Positions 1-11,181 of a DNA stretch of 64,000 bases are shown in pieces. Origin of the DNA: Tetramitus jugosus (lineage: Eukaryota > Protista > Heterolobosea); the NCBI GenBank assembly GCA_937625935.1, contig OW569390.1:323380-387379 (forward strand). Reading direction: 5' to 3'. A program made the translations under genes and the position numbers. The notes below the pieces were generated by a model. That model ran no database searches. It saw nothing but the letters and a program-made list of their open reading frames with translations, and had not been told where the DNA came from. Numbering within the stretch: the stretch's first letter is position 1; each line of letters starts with the position of its first letter.

Positions 1-9
1 TCATATTCC

Positions 10-3000
10 ATGCTTCACAATCAGCCATTCATCGCACATTTCCCTGCCTATTTCTCGTCTTTGCATTCACAAGGACTCACTACTCAACTATTGAATCTGT
101 TCGTCGATTGCTGGGACAAAGTTCGATCTCTAATATTTGATCTATTGTTATTACTTGATGATGGTGATTATCTCAAAGGAAGAGAATTTATCACTCACTT
201 GGTTACCCGAAGTATTGAGCTCTGCTCTAGCGGAAGACTTCGAGAAAGTGATGCCGGGGCTCTACTACTCAACGTGGTGTTTGCCAAATTTGTCGTCCGA
301 AATCATATGAAGATTGAGTGGAGTTACGATTCTGACAACAAGATTCAAGTCCACATTGAAAATTCAAATGACGACGCCGTATTAGTATTCCTTCATAATC
401 TTCTATCAGAATTTGAAAGGAGAATCACAAATATTCAAACAGATATTTTCAGGATATGCACAGACTCTTCTGTTACCGGTACATTGCTCTCTCTACGCTA
501 TACATTCTCCAACTTCAAACTTGCCTCTGCGATAACCGAGAGTAATAGAGCTCAATGGCAAGATTTCGGAGCCAAGTTGTTCCGCTTGTGTGATGGATTG
601 CTATGCGAATCTCTCCAGATGGTGGGTAGCAAGAAAGATGTGGACTGTAGAGGTCATATCCATATGCCAAATAATCCTTTGAACCATAGTTTAACTGTTA
701 ATTCATGGCTATCTGTCAAGGAAGTTACAGCTACACTTGGTACGTTCACTGAGCACGTACCACTGACAAATATCGATCCAATATTTTCGGAGGAGCAATT
801 CTCGAAACTAGGAGAACTGTTCCTAAAGGTTCTATTGCATTGTAAGCATAATGGTGCCATTGAGAAGTCACAAGTAGGCTTCGCTTTGACTTGCAAGAGA
901 TTGTTGTCATGTGATTTACCAAATCTTGCTAAACTACCATCAAACTGGTTGCAGTATTTGATTGATAGAATTGCCACTAGCGACGATAAGAATAGTATTT
1001 TGCGTAGATCCGCTGGTGTTCCATTCTGCTTCATGGGTATCCTCAGATCTGAACCTCAAGGTGTTCCTCGAGTACTACTGCCTCACGCAATGAACAGCTT
1101 GATGGCAATTACCGAAACATACTACTCAAATGGATGTGGAGAACATACAATGGTTCATGCTCTCAATGTGATGCGTTTTATTTTCCAAGACTCCACTCTG
1201 GCTGGTGATGTTACTCAATACATTGAGAAAGGATTCATCACGGTCTTGAAGGGATTTACTGATCCATCATGGGCTGTTAGAAACAGTTCACTTATGTGCT
1301 ACACTGCCTTGATTACGAGATCAATTGGAAACAGAAGAACAAAGGACGACTATGCAACCCAAAATACCGTTACTAGTCGCGAGTTCTTTTCGCGGTACCC
1401 ACTGTTGAAGCAGTATCTCCTCGATCAGCTTCGTATTGGAACATCACAATCATCTGAACTTCATCCAACATTGTATCCAAGTTTACTGCTGTTGAGTCGT
1501 TTGCGCGCTGCATCATCAATTAGTGATGATGCTAGCGATAATGCTGGTGATGTGTCGTCATTTGTTCCATATGTGATGGAATGTTCGGCTCAGAACCATT
1601 ATCTGATTCGATCGATGGCTGCTCGTGCTCTGGTACCTCTCATTCCATCAACTCTTGTTCCAAGTTTTGTTCCATCTTTGATCTCCAATATTGTTGATGT
1701 CGCTGCGAATAAGACCCAGAATGCCTTGCATGGACTTTTGCTTCAAATTCTGCAATTTGGCTCTATGGCCGATTCATCATCGGAACAAGAGATGATCAGT
1801 CTTTGGTTAGTTAAATTCTATGAAGCAGTAACCCAATCTGGATTGCTGAAGTCAGGACCCAGAAACTACTTCGTAGCGAGAACCGTCACTTTCGATATTT
1901 TCTGCACTCTGCTCTCCAAGGTTGATATCAATACTTCTCTGCCTCTTGATTACATTGTTGAGATTGTTAACCTAGCAGACATGTACATTTCAAGAGGTGT
2001 CGAATGCGGAGACTTTGAAGGTATTGGCTTCGTGGAATGTCAAGCTGAAGCAACAAGATTTGCATTGCTTGGATTCGCTCGTTGTGCTTCTTCAGAAGAC
2101 GTGTCGGATGACTTTTATTTGTTTGTTGAGAAATGTTTGGCCCATAGTAACCAGAAGGTACGAACAAGTGCTTTCAAATTTATCACAAATCTCGCAACCA
2201 AGCAACCAAACAACACTCTATTCCAGACAGTGGGTCCTAAGCTGCTTCTAACCTTAATTAGTCATGTTCTGTACAAGGAAACGCCTCATGACGCAAACTG
2301 CGTTCGATTTGGCTTGCAAGCACTGCAAAATGTTGTTCTATGTATCAACCCCACAGTTGATGCGCTTAGCTCTGTGGATCACGATCAGACATGGTCCAGA
2401 CTATTAGAGATACATAGTAGCACTCAAAACTGTTATATCAAGGAACAAATCATCATTCTCTTGGGTGCCCTAGCTCCAATACTTGCAATCAGCTCAGCGG
2501 ATATGCTTCATGAGTGGTCGAAACTAGTGGAAGAGGATTCATATCCATTCCAAGCAGACAACCTACGACTCGCAGCACAATCATCCATTCTCCACTCTAA
2601 CGTGCTAATTAACGCTGGAGCGCTCAACAATAAGGATCTGTTTAGAATCATGAATGCGTGTGTCAGGCTGTTGCAAGATGAAGAAGAAAACATTCGACAA
2701 GCAACAACTGCCATGCTGTCTCCCTCAAAGAAACAACAAGTCGACACAGTTCTTCAAGATACATTCCTGTCCATGACTGCCAAGTTTGCCAATTCTGATT
2801 TCTATGCACACTTTTTGTTCAATCTGATCGCTCTGGAACAAGATGAAAATGGTCGACCAGTCGTGCCATTTGAAGAAGAACTGACCGATGACATGCCAGC
2901 TCTATTTGACAAGGAAGAAGACAACTTGTTCCAAGAAGAGTTATTTGCTGTGCAATTGGCTGCGTTCCACCTCAAGAAGACTGACATTAGCAACGAAAGA

Positions 3001-3306
3001 AGGCTTCAAATGCTAGATCAGCTCAGCAAGCAACTAGACCATGTGTGCTCTCTGTTGAGCAATGCACAAGTCTTGTTCTGGATTGGTGATGTTTCTTATC
3101 ACTCTAGTGCCTTCCTAACAATGTATCGTCTGGTTCTGGGCATCTACACCTTGAGCTCCGAGAACGACAGCATCCGCGACAAGGCAAGATCTATCATTCA
3201 AGGAAAATACCACAACGTTCTCTTGAATGACGTTATGACGAGCCAAGGTTCCAGCGATTACCTATTCACCCTTGGCTATCTTCCAAACCAACAACAACAG
3301 CAATAA
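10..3306 (+). CDS. THADA: THADA/Trm732-like HEAT-repeat protein (tRNA 2'-O-methylation cofactor, DUF2428); 5' end probably outside the window
   Basis: Motifs 'SWLSVKE', 'KHNGAIE', 'LRRSAGVPF', 'VHALNVMRFIF', 'WAVRNSSLMCY', 'FFSRYP', 'LYPSLLLLSRL', 'LLQDEEENIR' and 'LFDKEEDNLFQEE' match THADA. The frame is open to base 1. Confidence 0.88.
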   Translation: MLHNQPFIAHFPAYFSSLHSQGLTTQLLNLFVDCWDKVRSLIFDLLLLLDDGDYLKGREFITHLVTRSIELCSSGRLRESDAGALLLNVVFAKFVVRNHMKIEWSYDSDNKIQVHIENSNDDAVLVFLHNLLSEFERRITNIQTDIFRICTDSSVTGTLLSLRYTFSNFKLASAITESNRAQWQDFGAKLFRLCDGLLCESLQMVGSKKDVDCRGHIHMPNNPLNHSLTVNSWLSVKEVTATLGTFTEHVPLTNIDPIFSEEQFSKLGELFLKVLLHCKHNGAIEKSQVGFALTCKRLLSCDLPNLAKLPSNWLQYLIDRIATSDDKNSILRRSAGVPFCFMGILRSEPQGVPRVLLPHAMNSLMAITETYYSNGCGEHTMVHALNVMRFIFQDSTLAGDVTQYIEKGFITVLKGFTDPSWAVRNSSLMCYTALITRSIGNRRTKDDYATQNTVTSREFFSRYPLLKQYLLDQLRIGTSQSSELHPTLYPSLLLLSRLRAASSISDDASDNAGDVSSFVPYVMECSAQNHYLIRSMAARALVPLIPSTLVPSFVPSLISNIVDVAANKTQNALHGLLLQILQFGSMADSSSEQEMISLWLVKFYEAVTQSGLLKSGPRNYFVARTVTFDIFCTLLSKVDINTSLPLDYIVEIVNLADMYISRGVECGDFEGIGFVECQAEATRFALLGFARCASSEDVSDDFYLFVEKCLAHSNQKVRTSAFKFITNLATKQPNNTLFQTVGPKLLLTLISHVLYKETPHDANCVRFGLQALQNVVLCINPTVDALSSVDHDQTWSRLLEIHSSTQNCYIKEQIIILLGALAPILAISSADMLHEWSKLVEEDSYPFQADNLRLAAQSSILHSNVLINAGALNNKDLFRIMNACVRLLQDEEENIRQATTAMLSPSKKQQVDTVLQDTFLSMTAKFANSDFYAHFLFNLIALEQDENGRPVVPFEEELTDDMPALFDKEEDNLFQEELFAVQLAAFHLKKTDISNERRLQMLDQLSKQLDHVCSLLSNAQVLFWIGDVSYHSSAFLTMYRLVLGIYTLSSENDSIRDKARSIIQGKYHNVLLNDVMTSQGSSDYLFTLGYLPNQQQQQ

Positions 3307-3534
3307 ATGAAACGAAACGAACGAACACCCTCTCCAACGTAACATCCAATTCCTCATCCGCCACTGTCGGAACTTTCCATTTGCGCAAAAAGAAGAGAAA
3401 CATGACCGTTTACCGATTGAACTTTGACATTTGACACTTTGCCTCCCAATGCCAAGTTGAAAAACAAACGAACCATAACAAAACGAAACATCCATTGTCG
3501 TAGTAGTAATCACGCACATCATAAAAAACACACA

Positions 3535-5835
3535 ATGGCTTGTTCATGTTTCAAAAGATCAAGTGACCATGATGATGAAGATCACTATGACTCGGACCAG
3601 GACAGAAACGAAGAAAATTCGACATTTGCGCCCAATTTGAAAGATTCATGCACGGACGATAACCATTGTCGTATCAAGAAAAAGGGTAGAAGACCTACTG
3701 ACATTCCCTGTACCATACTCTTTGCACTGTTTCTCGTAGGAATGGTTGCAGTGGCTGTGCTTGCATTCGTGTTTGGACGACCCAAATTGCTGTACACACC
3801 AACGGATTACATGGGTCGATTGTGTGGTTCGGACAATAGAAATGTGTCGACCAATGTGATCAAGTTACCGTTGGATCCGGACTGTATCATTAGTGATGAT
3901 TCGAATGGGAAGAACAAGACTGCACTCAACTTGTGTGAGAGCAAGATTGAAGCGTATAGAGAAGATTTGTCCAGTAGAAAATATTTGTGGTTCATGGATG
4001 TGAGTCAACCGGTGACCTATGGTGGTGTTTGTGTGTCGTACTGTCCTGGAGCGTCCTCTGGAAGTGCTCAGTGTCCTCCAGAGTTGTTGACAGAGTCTGT
4101 AGAGCCCATTTCGACAGCCATTGGATCACTAGAGTTGGATTATTGTGCGTATGAACGAACGGATTACAATACGACCATGTTTCCTCCATCGAGTCAGATG
4201 AAATTGTTGACGAGTCAATTTTCGTACACGAGTGTGATGCATCGGTGCTTTCCAACGTTTACCTTTATGAATTCGACAGTGGTGAACGGTAAGGCATCAA
4301 TCAATAGTGCTGTGAATGAGGCCGCTGGAGCCATGACGAGATTGTGGAACGATGTGTACAAGAGTTGGAAGGTGATTGTCGTTTCTGCTGCGTTGGCTCT
4401 CATCATCTCATTCTTGTTCCTTGTGTTGATCCGATGGTTCACATCTATAATCGTGTGGTTCTGCGTCTGTTTCTGCTTCTTGGCCGGAGCTGGACTATCA
4501 GCCTTCTTGTTGTGGCAGGGTTATACCGAGTGGCAGACCATGAAGACACTGGGACTGTCGACTACATTTGCCAAGATCATGTTTGGATTCGGTTGTGGAG
4601 TAGGAGGATTAAGCGTCGTGTATCTCTTGGTCGTATTCTTCCTATTCTTGAGAATTAGACGTGCGATAGGTATCATTGAAGAAGCAACCAAAGCAGTGAG
4701 TGCAATGCCACAGATTATGGTGTTGCCAATCGGTTTGGCATTCTGTCTCATATTGTTTGCTGCCTATTGGGTCGTCGTTGCAGTGTTCCTCTGGTCATAT
4801 GCAACTCCCTCCATTGATGGTTATGCTGTGAGGTATACGATGAGCAGATGGACTCGTGGTCTGTTCGGCTACCACGTATTTGGAGGTTTGTGGATCACTC
4901 AATTCTTCCTTGCAATTGAGTACATGTGTATTGCTGGTGCAGTTGGTTCATGGTACTGGAGAAGAAAGAAGAAGTATGTTGTTGGACTGCCTATTGCCAA
5001 ATCAGTGCTCAGAACTCTAGTGTTCCACGTTGGTACTGCTGCGTTCGGCTCATTGCTCGTTGCAATTATCCAATTCATTAGATTGTTGTTCGAGAAGGCT
5101 CAGAGAGAACTCAAGAAGGCAACTGCTGATAACAAGGTTGTTGCTGTTCTGGCATGGTTCGTGCGAATTATGCTGTGGATATTCGAAATGATTGTCAAGT
5201 ACATCAATAAGCAGGCCTATATCCAGTGTGCATTGTATGGAACATCATTCCTTACATCTGCCATGCACGGCTTCCAAATCATTAGCAGAAACGGTGTTCA
5301 GATGGGTGTTTTGGATATCATGTCCGAGATTGTGTTCATTATCTCAAAGTTGAGCATTGCCTCGATTACATGTTTGGCATGTTATGCTATTTCTGCCAAG
5401 ACTACATTCCTCAATGTGGGTGAAGAAGCAGTCTTCTCCCCACTCTTTGTTGCAGCGGTATGTTGTTAACTTTTATTTTTTAGAAGCTTTGTGTTTTAAT
5501 GGAGTTGAACTAAACTAACATTGTTTTATCATTTTGTACCTATTTAGATTGCATTTATTTTGGCTTATTTGATTGCTGCCATCTTTACAACTGTTCTTGA
5601 AACAGCAGTCGATACCATCCTGCAGTGCTTCCTTGTCGATGACGAGATTTGCAGAAACAACAGCAATGCAGAGCCATACTGCACCAAGTCTCTTCGAAAG
5701 TTTATTGACGAAGAACGAAAGTACAGAGTTATGTGCCATTTGTGCTCTTGCATCACCTGTGACTGCTGCAGAGGAGGTGCGGACGGCGTCGTGGCCGATG
5801 TCGCCAAGGACAACTATGAACTAGACGACAAGTAA
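3535..5835 (+). CDS. Choline transporter-like protein (CTL/SLC44); exons 3535-5457 and 5548-5835
   Basis: Motifs 'RRPTDIPC', 'PTDYMGRLCG', 'HVGTAAFGSL', 'YINKQAYI', 'AVDTILQCFLVD' and many TM helices. Intron 5458-5547 (GTATGT...AACTAAC...TAG) joins the two ORFs in frame. Confidence 0.92.
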
Positions 5836-5963
5836 ACCAAAGCGAAATTTTTTGTATTCCTTTCCTGATGGTTCAATCAATTTGTGCATCCTTCTCTTTT
5901 CACACAGAAGCTTCAATCAAAACAAGGAAGAAAACAACAAAAATCGCACAGACGAAAAACAAA

Positions 5964-8540
5964 ATGTCATCTTCAGCAACTACCACTACAAGTGCTCAAT
6001 TGGCAGACTATGTTGAGCAATTGTTCTCTTCCTTGTCTCCTCATGTGAGTGATGACTTTGATCCATCCAAAGAGTTCATCTCATTCGACGATGAAAGTGA
6101 AAAAAATGGAAAGAAGCAAGAAACGAAGCCATCATCGAGATTTAAGTTGAATATTAATGGAATGACGTTGCAACAATTGGATTTGGAACGGTTGCGCCTC
6201 TTGCAATACGGCATGCAAATTTTACAAACACGCCCATCGGACTTTTATTTTGATGCGGAGAAAAAGAGCACAAAATTGCCCGATGGATGGCGCGTTGTAT
6301 CGACACTACAGCATTTCTGTGAGTCGAATTTGAAGAAGGCTCAACAACAGGACTCATCAAACAGCAACAGCTTAACGCTGTCATTGGCTGGTGTTTCATG
6401 TCAAATTCTCTCCAAGATTCTCATTGCTAATTTTGCTGTTCAGAACTCAAAGGAATTTACGAGTCTTTGTCGTAAGTGTGTTCGTCTCTGTGGCAACTTT
6501 GTTCGTTTCTTCAATCAACAAAAATCTCCATCCAATGCTGCTGTTTTCAACGTAGCTCTCTTGGAGATTTTGGCTCCAATGGGTCAACAAGGCATCAACT
6601 TGGTACAGGAAGATGTTCAATTGATTGAGAATGGTGCTCTCTATGGTTTGGTCTCCCTCAAGAATAATAGTGAAGCAAATATGATGCTCAGTGGTTCCAT
6701 CTATGCTCTCATGAGCATGTTTGATAGAGATCCTGTCATCAAGTACAAACACACTGTGAAAACTTTGATCGCCACGTTGAACGACATGGTTGACGAGTGC
6801 TTCAAGTTTGTTCGACCAGAGAACGATCCAAGGCAATCCATTCTTGAGCATTTTGCGACTGGCACCGCTGTTTTGTCAAGCAAGAAGGAGAATGCTGAGG
6901 CTGTAGCTGCAGCATCTGCCATCAATGGTGCTTCTCTCATACAATCCCTCCACAAGAGAAAGAATCCAATTTCTGGTGTGCAGTTCATGAGATTGTTCAA
7001 GTCTATTAGCACTTGTTTGCAAAGATGCCTCACCATTCCTTATCCATTCATGATTGAGCTCAATGTGAAGAGATTGATGACCATGTTGAAGAATTCATTT
7101 GTCTTGGACAGTTCACTCAAAGTGGATCACTCGATGGCTGTGAAGAAGATTATTACACTGCAGAGCTACTATGAAGTGATTCCATGTATGCACAGAGAGT
7201 CACTAAAGATTTTGTCTGCATTGATCTTGAGCGCCAAGGGTGCTCTGTTACCTTATGTCAACAATATTGCTGTCATTTTGTTCCAAGAGTTCAATTTGTG
7301 GTCATCTGTCGAAGAAAGACCATTGGAGAGTTTGGAAGTGTACAGAGAGGTGATTAGATGCATTTGCTTTGCAGTCGATGCTTATGGACCATGTATTTCT
7401 GATAGTCTCACTCAAAAGCTATTGACTCCAATTCAGAAGATGATGATGCAATTTTATAGCGAAAAAATGAGAGTTGAAATGGACAGAGATATCAATAAGG
7501 ATACTGCTCTTCAACAATTGAAGCAACACTATAATGTTACAAACAAGAAGAACAAGAAGAGAAGGAGAAACGAGAGTGAAGATTCATCAGATGATGCCTC
7601 TCTCTCAATTACCTTGAAGCATCAATATCTGACTCTCAAGCTCTTGAGATCAATCTTGTCGAGCTGTCAAGTTCATGCCTCATTGGAAACGATGTCAACA
7701 ATGGTTGATGTGATCTCTACTCTCACTACAAGTATCTCTCTGTTCCACAGCCACAGATTTGTCATCTTCCAGAATGTAAGCAGTCAAACATTGAACAAAC
7801 TGTTTACCTGTGTTGTGAATGAACAGTATAGAGCTCTGCATCAGTCTTTGGTCTCATGCTCTGCCATCAACACACAATCTCCATTCTTGCCTCTGGCTGT
7901 GACACTGTTTAGAAAGGGTGTGTCAAGCGGTATTCCTGAAATTTCAAAGGTGTGCAACGATTCACTTCAAGTAATGGAAAGTTTCTTGCATCCAAGAAGT
8001 GCTCCACTTCATGTTCCAAGCGCTGAGTCAGTTAGTGTTCACATGAGTAGACTGATTGAAAGAGAGAAGTCTGTTGCAGCTATGTTAACCACGCACAATA
8101 CTCACTTTGAATCATCAAACAACGACAGCGACAGTGAGGAGGAAGCTCCAATCGTACGAAAGCAGACAAAGAAGCAGCAAATGAAACCAATCGTTGCTGC
8201 TGTTGTTGAGAAGAAGGAGGCAACGAAAGCTCCAATCATTCAAACAAAGGAGAAGGTGAAATCTGTTGTCAGTGTTACTTCCGCAATCGTCTCTCACAAG
8301 GAGACTGAGGAAGATGACAGTGAGGAAGAGGAAGAAGAAGTTACACAAACAACCACAATCGTGGACTTCAGCAAGGCCAACCACAAGGACATCGAGAAGG
8401 CTTTTGAGAAGACTGTTGACAGTGACGAAGAAGATGAAAATATGAACGATGTTGATCTGAATGAGAGTGATGATGACGATGACGATCTTTCAGGCAACAT
8501 TGATCTTGGAGATTTGCAGCTCGACTTTTCTGGTCTCTAA
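5964..8540 (+). CDS. PELP1/Rix1-like rixosome subunit (helical solenoid with acidic tail)
   Basis: 'LQVMESFLHPRSAPL' resembles the Rix1/PELP1 LxHPRxPPL motif. It also has 'GALLPYVNNI', a basic NLS (KKNKKRRR) and a D/E-rich C-terminus. Confidence 0.6.
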   Translation: MSSSATTTTSAQLADYVEQLFSSLSPHVSDDFDPSKEFISFDDESEKNGKKQETKPSSRFKLNINGMTLQQLDLERLRLLQYGMQILQTRPSDFYFDAEKKSTKLPDGWRVVSTLQHFCESNLKKAQQQDSSNSNSLTLSLAGVSCQILSKILIANFAVQNSKEFTSLCRKCVRLCGNFVRFFNQQKSPSNAAVFNVALLEILAPMGQQGINLVQEDVQLIENGALYGLVSLKNNSEANMMLSGSIYALMSMFDRDPVIKYKHTVKTLIATLNDMVDECFKFVRPENDPRQSILEHFATGTAVLSSKKENAEAVAAASAINGASLIQSLHKRKNPISGVQFMRLFKSISTCLQRCLTIPYPFMIELNVKRLMTMLKNSFVLDSSLKVDHSMAVKKIITLQSYYEVIPCMHRESLKILSALILSAKGALLPYVNNIAVILFQEFNLWSSVEERPLESLEVYREVIRCICFAVDAYGPCISDSLTQKLLTPIQKMMMQFYSEKMRVEMDRDINKDTALQQLKQHYNVTNKKNKKRRRNESEDSSDDASLSITLKHQYLTLKLLRSILSSCQVHASLETMSTMVDVISTLTTSISLFHSHRFVIFQNVSSQTLNKLFTCVVNEQYRALHQSLVSCSAINTQSPFLPLAVTLFRKGVSSGIPEISKVCNDSLQVMESFLHPRSAPLHVPSAESVSVHMSRLIEREKSVAAMLTTHNTHFESSNNDSDSEEEAPIVRKQTKKQQMKPIVAAVVEKKEATKAPIIQTKEKVKSVVSVTSAIVSHKETEEDDSEEEEEEVTQTTTIVDFSKANHKDIEKAFEKTVDSDEEDENMNDVDLNESDDDDDDLSGNIDLGDLQLDFSGL

Positions 8541-8842
8541 ATAAATCATAAACGTTTATGCTGGAACATTAACTCGGTATCCCTTTGGAGTTGACCGACA
8601 GTAGTGATTGAAAGCCTGTTACTTTCGAACATGTGACATTCGTTACTTGCTTCCCACTTGAAACCTATCAAGCGTTCCCTTTGACATCGGTCAAAAGGTT
8701 GGTGATCCCAGTCTTCTATTTATCAAATAGTCTCAAAGCTCAAGAACGAGAGAAATCAAAGACAGTTCTCCAGCAAATCTGATTCTGACTCTTCTTTCGG
8801 TAGTTCTTAATGCCTCAGCCTTTATTAAATATAATTGTTTAT

Positions 8843-10507
8843 TTACTTCTTTTTCTCGACAATTTGCTCCATTCCGTGCATAAACGGTCTGAGAGCTTCT
8901 GGAATTGTAACTCCTATCCTGCCATCTTCGGTCTCAAACTGATATGTCTCGACAAGAGCGACTATTGCTCTTGGAATAGCTATGCAGGTTGCGTTAAGTG
9001 TGTGGGCGTACACATTGATTTGTTGTTTGAGTTGTGGATCAACAGTTCTCAGTTTGATGCCAAGACGTCTGGCCTGATAATCTGTACAGTTAGAAGCACT
9101 CGATACTTCACCATATGCATCTCTTCCTGGCATGTACGCTTCAATATCAATCTTGTTATAAGCAGGAGCGCCGAGATCTGTGCTTGGCATGTTCAATACC
9201 TTGAAATGTAAGCCCAAGTCTGAGAATATTTCTTTTTGAATGGAGACTAGATGATTGAGCATCTCTTCGCTCTGTTCTTCTGTTGTGACAGCAAACATTT
9301 CAACCTTTGTAAATTGGTGAACACGATAGAGTCCCTTATCTCTCTTTCCACCAGCTCCGGCCTCTGTTCTAAAGCAATGACTCACTGCAGACAGCTTTTG
9401 AGGCATTGGCTCCCAATTCTCAATAATTTTATCAGCCAAGTATCCAGCCAAAGAAATTTCAGATGTTCCCGCCAAAACCAAATCACTGTCCTGTATGTTG
9501 TAAATTTGACTGTTTTCACCTCTGGGTTGGAAACCACATGCTTCCACAACATCTCTTCTCACGAGTTCAGGTGTAGTGGTCAGAGTGAATCCATACTTGA
9601 TCAATTTGCTCAACGCAAACTGAATCAGCGCAAATTCCAACAAAACACCCTCATTCTTCAAAAAGTAAAACTTTGAACCAGAAATCAAGCTTGCTCGATC
9701 AAAATCAGCAATGTCCAACCTCAATAAAATATCATAATTGTCATAAATCTTGTTCTTGCCAGCAATGACTTGTTCCTTGGATCCCACTTCGTCAATGAGC
9801 ACTGCCTCATCTCCAATAGGAGTGTCCTTGTGAGTCAAATTAGGCAATTTGACTGCCAGAGCCATCAACGCACTGTGTTCAACATCCAATTCAATCTCCT
9901 TCTTTGCACATGTTTCCTTTAGCTCTTTACCTGTTTTTTGCCAAATGTCCTTTTCTTCCTTGCACATGACACCATTGGGATTCTTTTGTGCATTGGTCAC
10001 TGTGCGCTTTGACTTGAACAGCTCCCATTCCTCATTGAGAGCTTCTCCCTGTTTTCCAAGCGCCAACTCCAACAGTCCCTCCGGTAGATCATTCGGAGAA
10101 ATTTTTCCCGCCATATAATCCGCAATGATTCTACGATAGTTTCGAATTTGATTGGTTTCCAATAGAATGGCGGTGTATTTATGAAATTGATTCTTGATCT
10201 CAAAAGCATCGACACCAGCGATACTTCGATTCACAATATTGTCCTGATGCATCTGAGTGTTATGAACAAGATGTTGAAAGTTAATGTGAGGTTTCACAGT
10301 AAATGTTTTTTCATTCGATTGTTGTTGTTGTTGTGATTGTGAATGACCATTGTTGTGATGATGAATCGAGTAGCAGCGACATGGAGTGTTGTTTTTGTTG
10401 TTGTTCTGTGAGAGCAAATGAGAGAGGACTCGATGTTGTTTGGCAATGGTTGGTTGTTGGGAAAGAAGGTTTCTTGAGAGTAGTGCTCTCGTTCTGTTTT
10501 GGATCAT
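8843..10507 (-). CDS. SARS2: Mitochondrial seryl-tRNA synthetase
   Basis: Motifs 'LPNLTHKDTP', 'LAGTSEI', 'FRTEAGA', 'GLYRVHQFTKVEMF', 'EVSSASNCTDYQARRL' and 'HTLNAT'. The N-terminus is R/S/L-rich and presequence-like; first ATG at 10507. Confidence 0.95.
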   Translation of the reverse strand: MIQNRTRALLSRNLLSQQPTIAKQHRVLSHLLSQNNNKNNTPCRCYSIHHHNNGHSQSQQQQQSNEKTFTVKPHINFQHLVHNTQMHQDNIVNRSIAGVDAFEIKNQFHKYTAILLETNQIRNYRRIIADYMAGKISPNDLPEGLLELALGKQGEALNEEWELFKSKRTVTNAQKNPNGVMCKEEKDIWQKTGKELKETCAKKEIELDVEHSALMALAVKLPNLTHKDTPIGDEAVLIDEVGSKEQVIAGKNKIYDNYDILLRLDIADFDRASLISGSKFYFLKNEGVLLEFALIQFALSKLIKYGFTLTTTPELVRRDVVEACGFQPRGENSQIYNIQDSDLVLAGTSEISLAGYLADKIIENWEPMPQKLSAVSHCFRTEAGAGGKRDKGLYRVHQFTKVEMFAVTTEEQSEEMLNHLVSIQKEIFSDLGLHFKVLNMPSTDLGAPAYNKIDIEAYMPGRDAYGEVSSASNCTDYQARRLGIKLRTVDPQLKQQINVYAHTLNATCIAIPRAIVALVETYQFETEDGRIGVTIPEALRPFMHGMEQIVEKKK

Positions 10508-10630
10508 TGTTGTTGTCACCCCTCCTTTTGGTTTTAGAAATGTAGTGTTTTGTTGGTTCCTCTTCTACGCCAAAAACAAAAGAGCGACTTTTTCACATGG
10601 ACGGAAAAACAAAAAGTTTTGTGCGCGCAT

Positions 10631-11056
10631 TTACGACGTTTGGTCAGATGTCGATGAAACAGGATGGTTGTGGAGTTGAGTCTCCAACACGACCATGGCC
10701 ACAGCATAGTCCTGGTCATGACTCAATGAAACATGTGTGCTGTACTCGTAAATATTTCTCTTGTGAAGCTGTTCGAGAGCTTCTCCTGTTAAAATGAGTT
10801 TTGGTACATTGGTCACCTGATCCTTTGAAATATACATTTGTTTGCTTCCTATACCGCTCTTGCCAAGTGCTTTCACAGTAGCTTCTTTGACGGCCCACCT
10901 AGAGGCAAAGTATTGTGCATGTTGTTCCGGGAGCTTGGGCCGATTGGTGAGCTCATGTTCATTGAAGAGTCGCTGCAGGAAGCGTTCTCCGTTTTTTGTA
11001 ATGAGTTTTTGCATTCGAGGAATGTTCACTAAATCTACTCCGATTCCAATGATCAT
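10631..11056 (-). CDS. acpS: AcpS-type 4'-phosphopantetheinyl transferase (holo-ACP synthase)
   Basis: Motifs 'IGIGVDLV', 'FASRWAVKEATVKALG' and 'HVSLSHDQDYAVAMV'. Confidence 0.93.
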   Translation of the reverse strand: MIIGIGVDLVNIPRMQKLITKNGERFLQRLFNEHELTNRPKLPEQHAQYFASRWAVKEATVKALGKSGIGSKQMYISKDQVTNVPKLILTGEALEQLHKRNIYEYSTHVSLSHDQDYAVAMVVLETQLHNHPVSSTSDQTS

Positions 11057-11181
11057 GCTTTGCTGTGTTGTTCAAGTGTTGCTATCCCTGGTGATTTTCT
11101 TTTGCATGGTTTTAAAAAAGCTTTTTCTTTCTGGGAAGAACGCCAAGTTCGTTTCAGATTTACAGAAAACGACCTGGTTGC

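Noticed and set aside
8541-8842. Longer convergent spacer with a TTGACCGA/TCGGTCAA inverted pair as an ncRNA
   Set aside because: The stem is only 8 bp and no recognisable tRNA, snRNA or snoRNA architecture is visible; an Infernal search would be needed.
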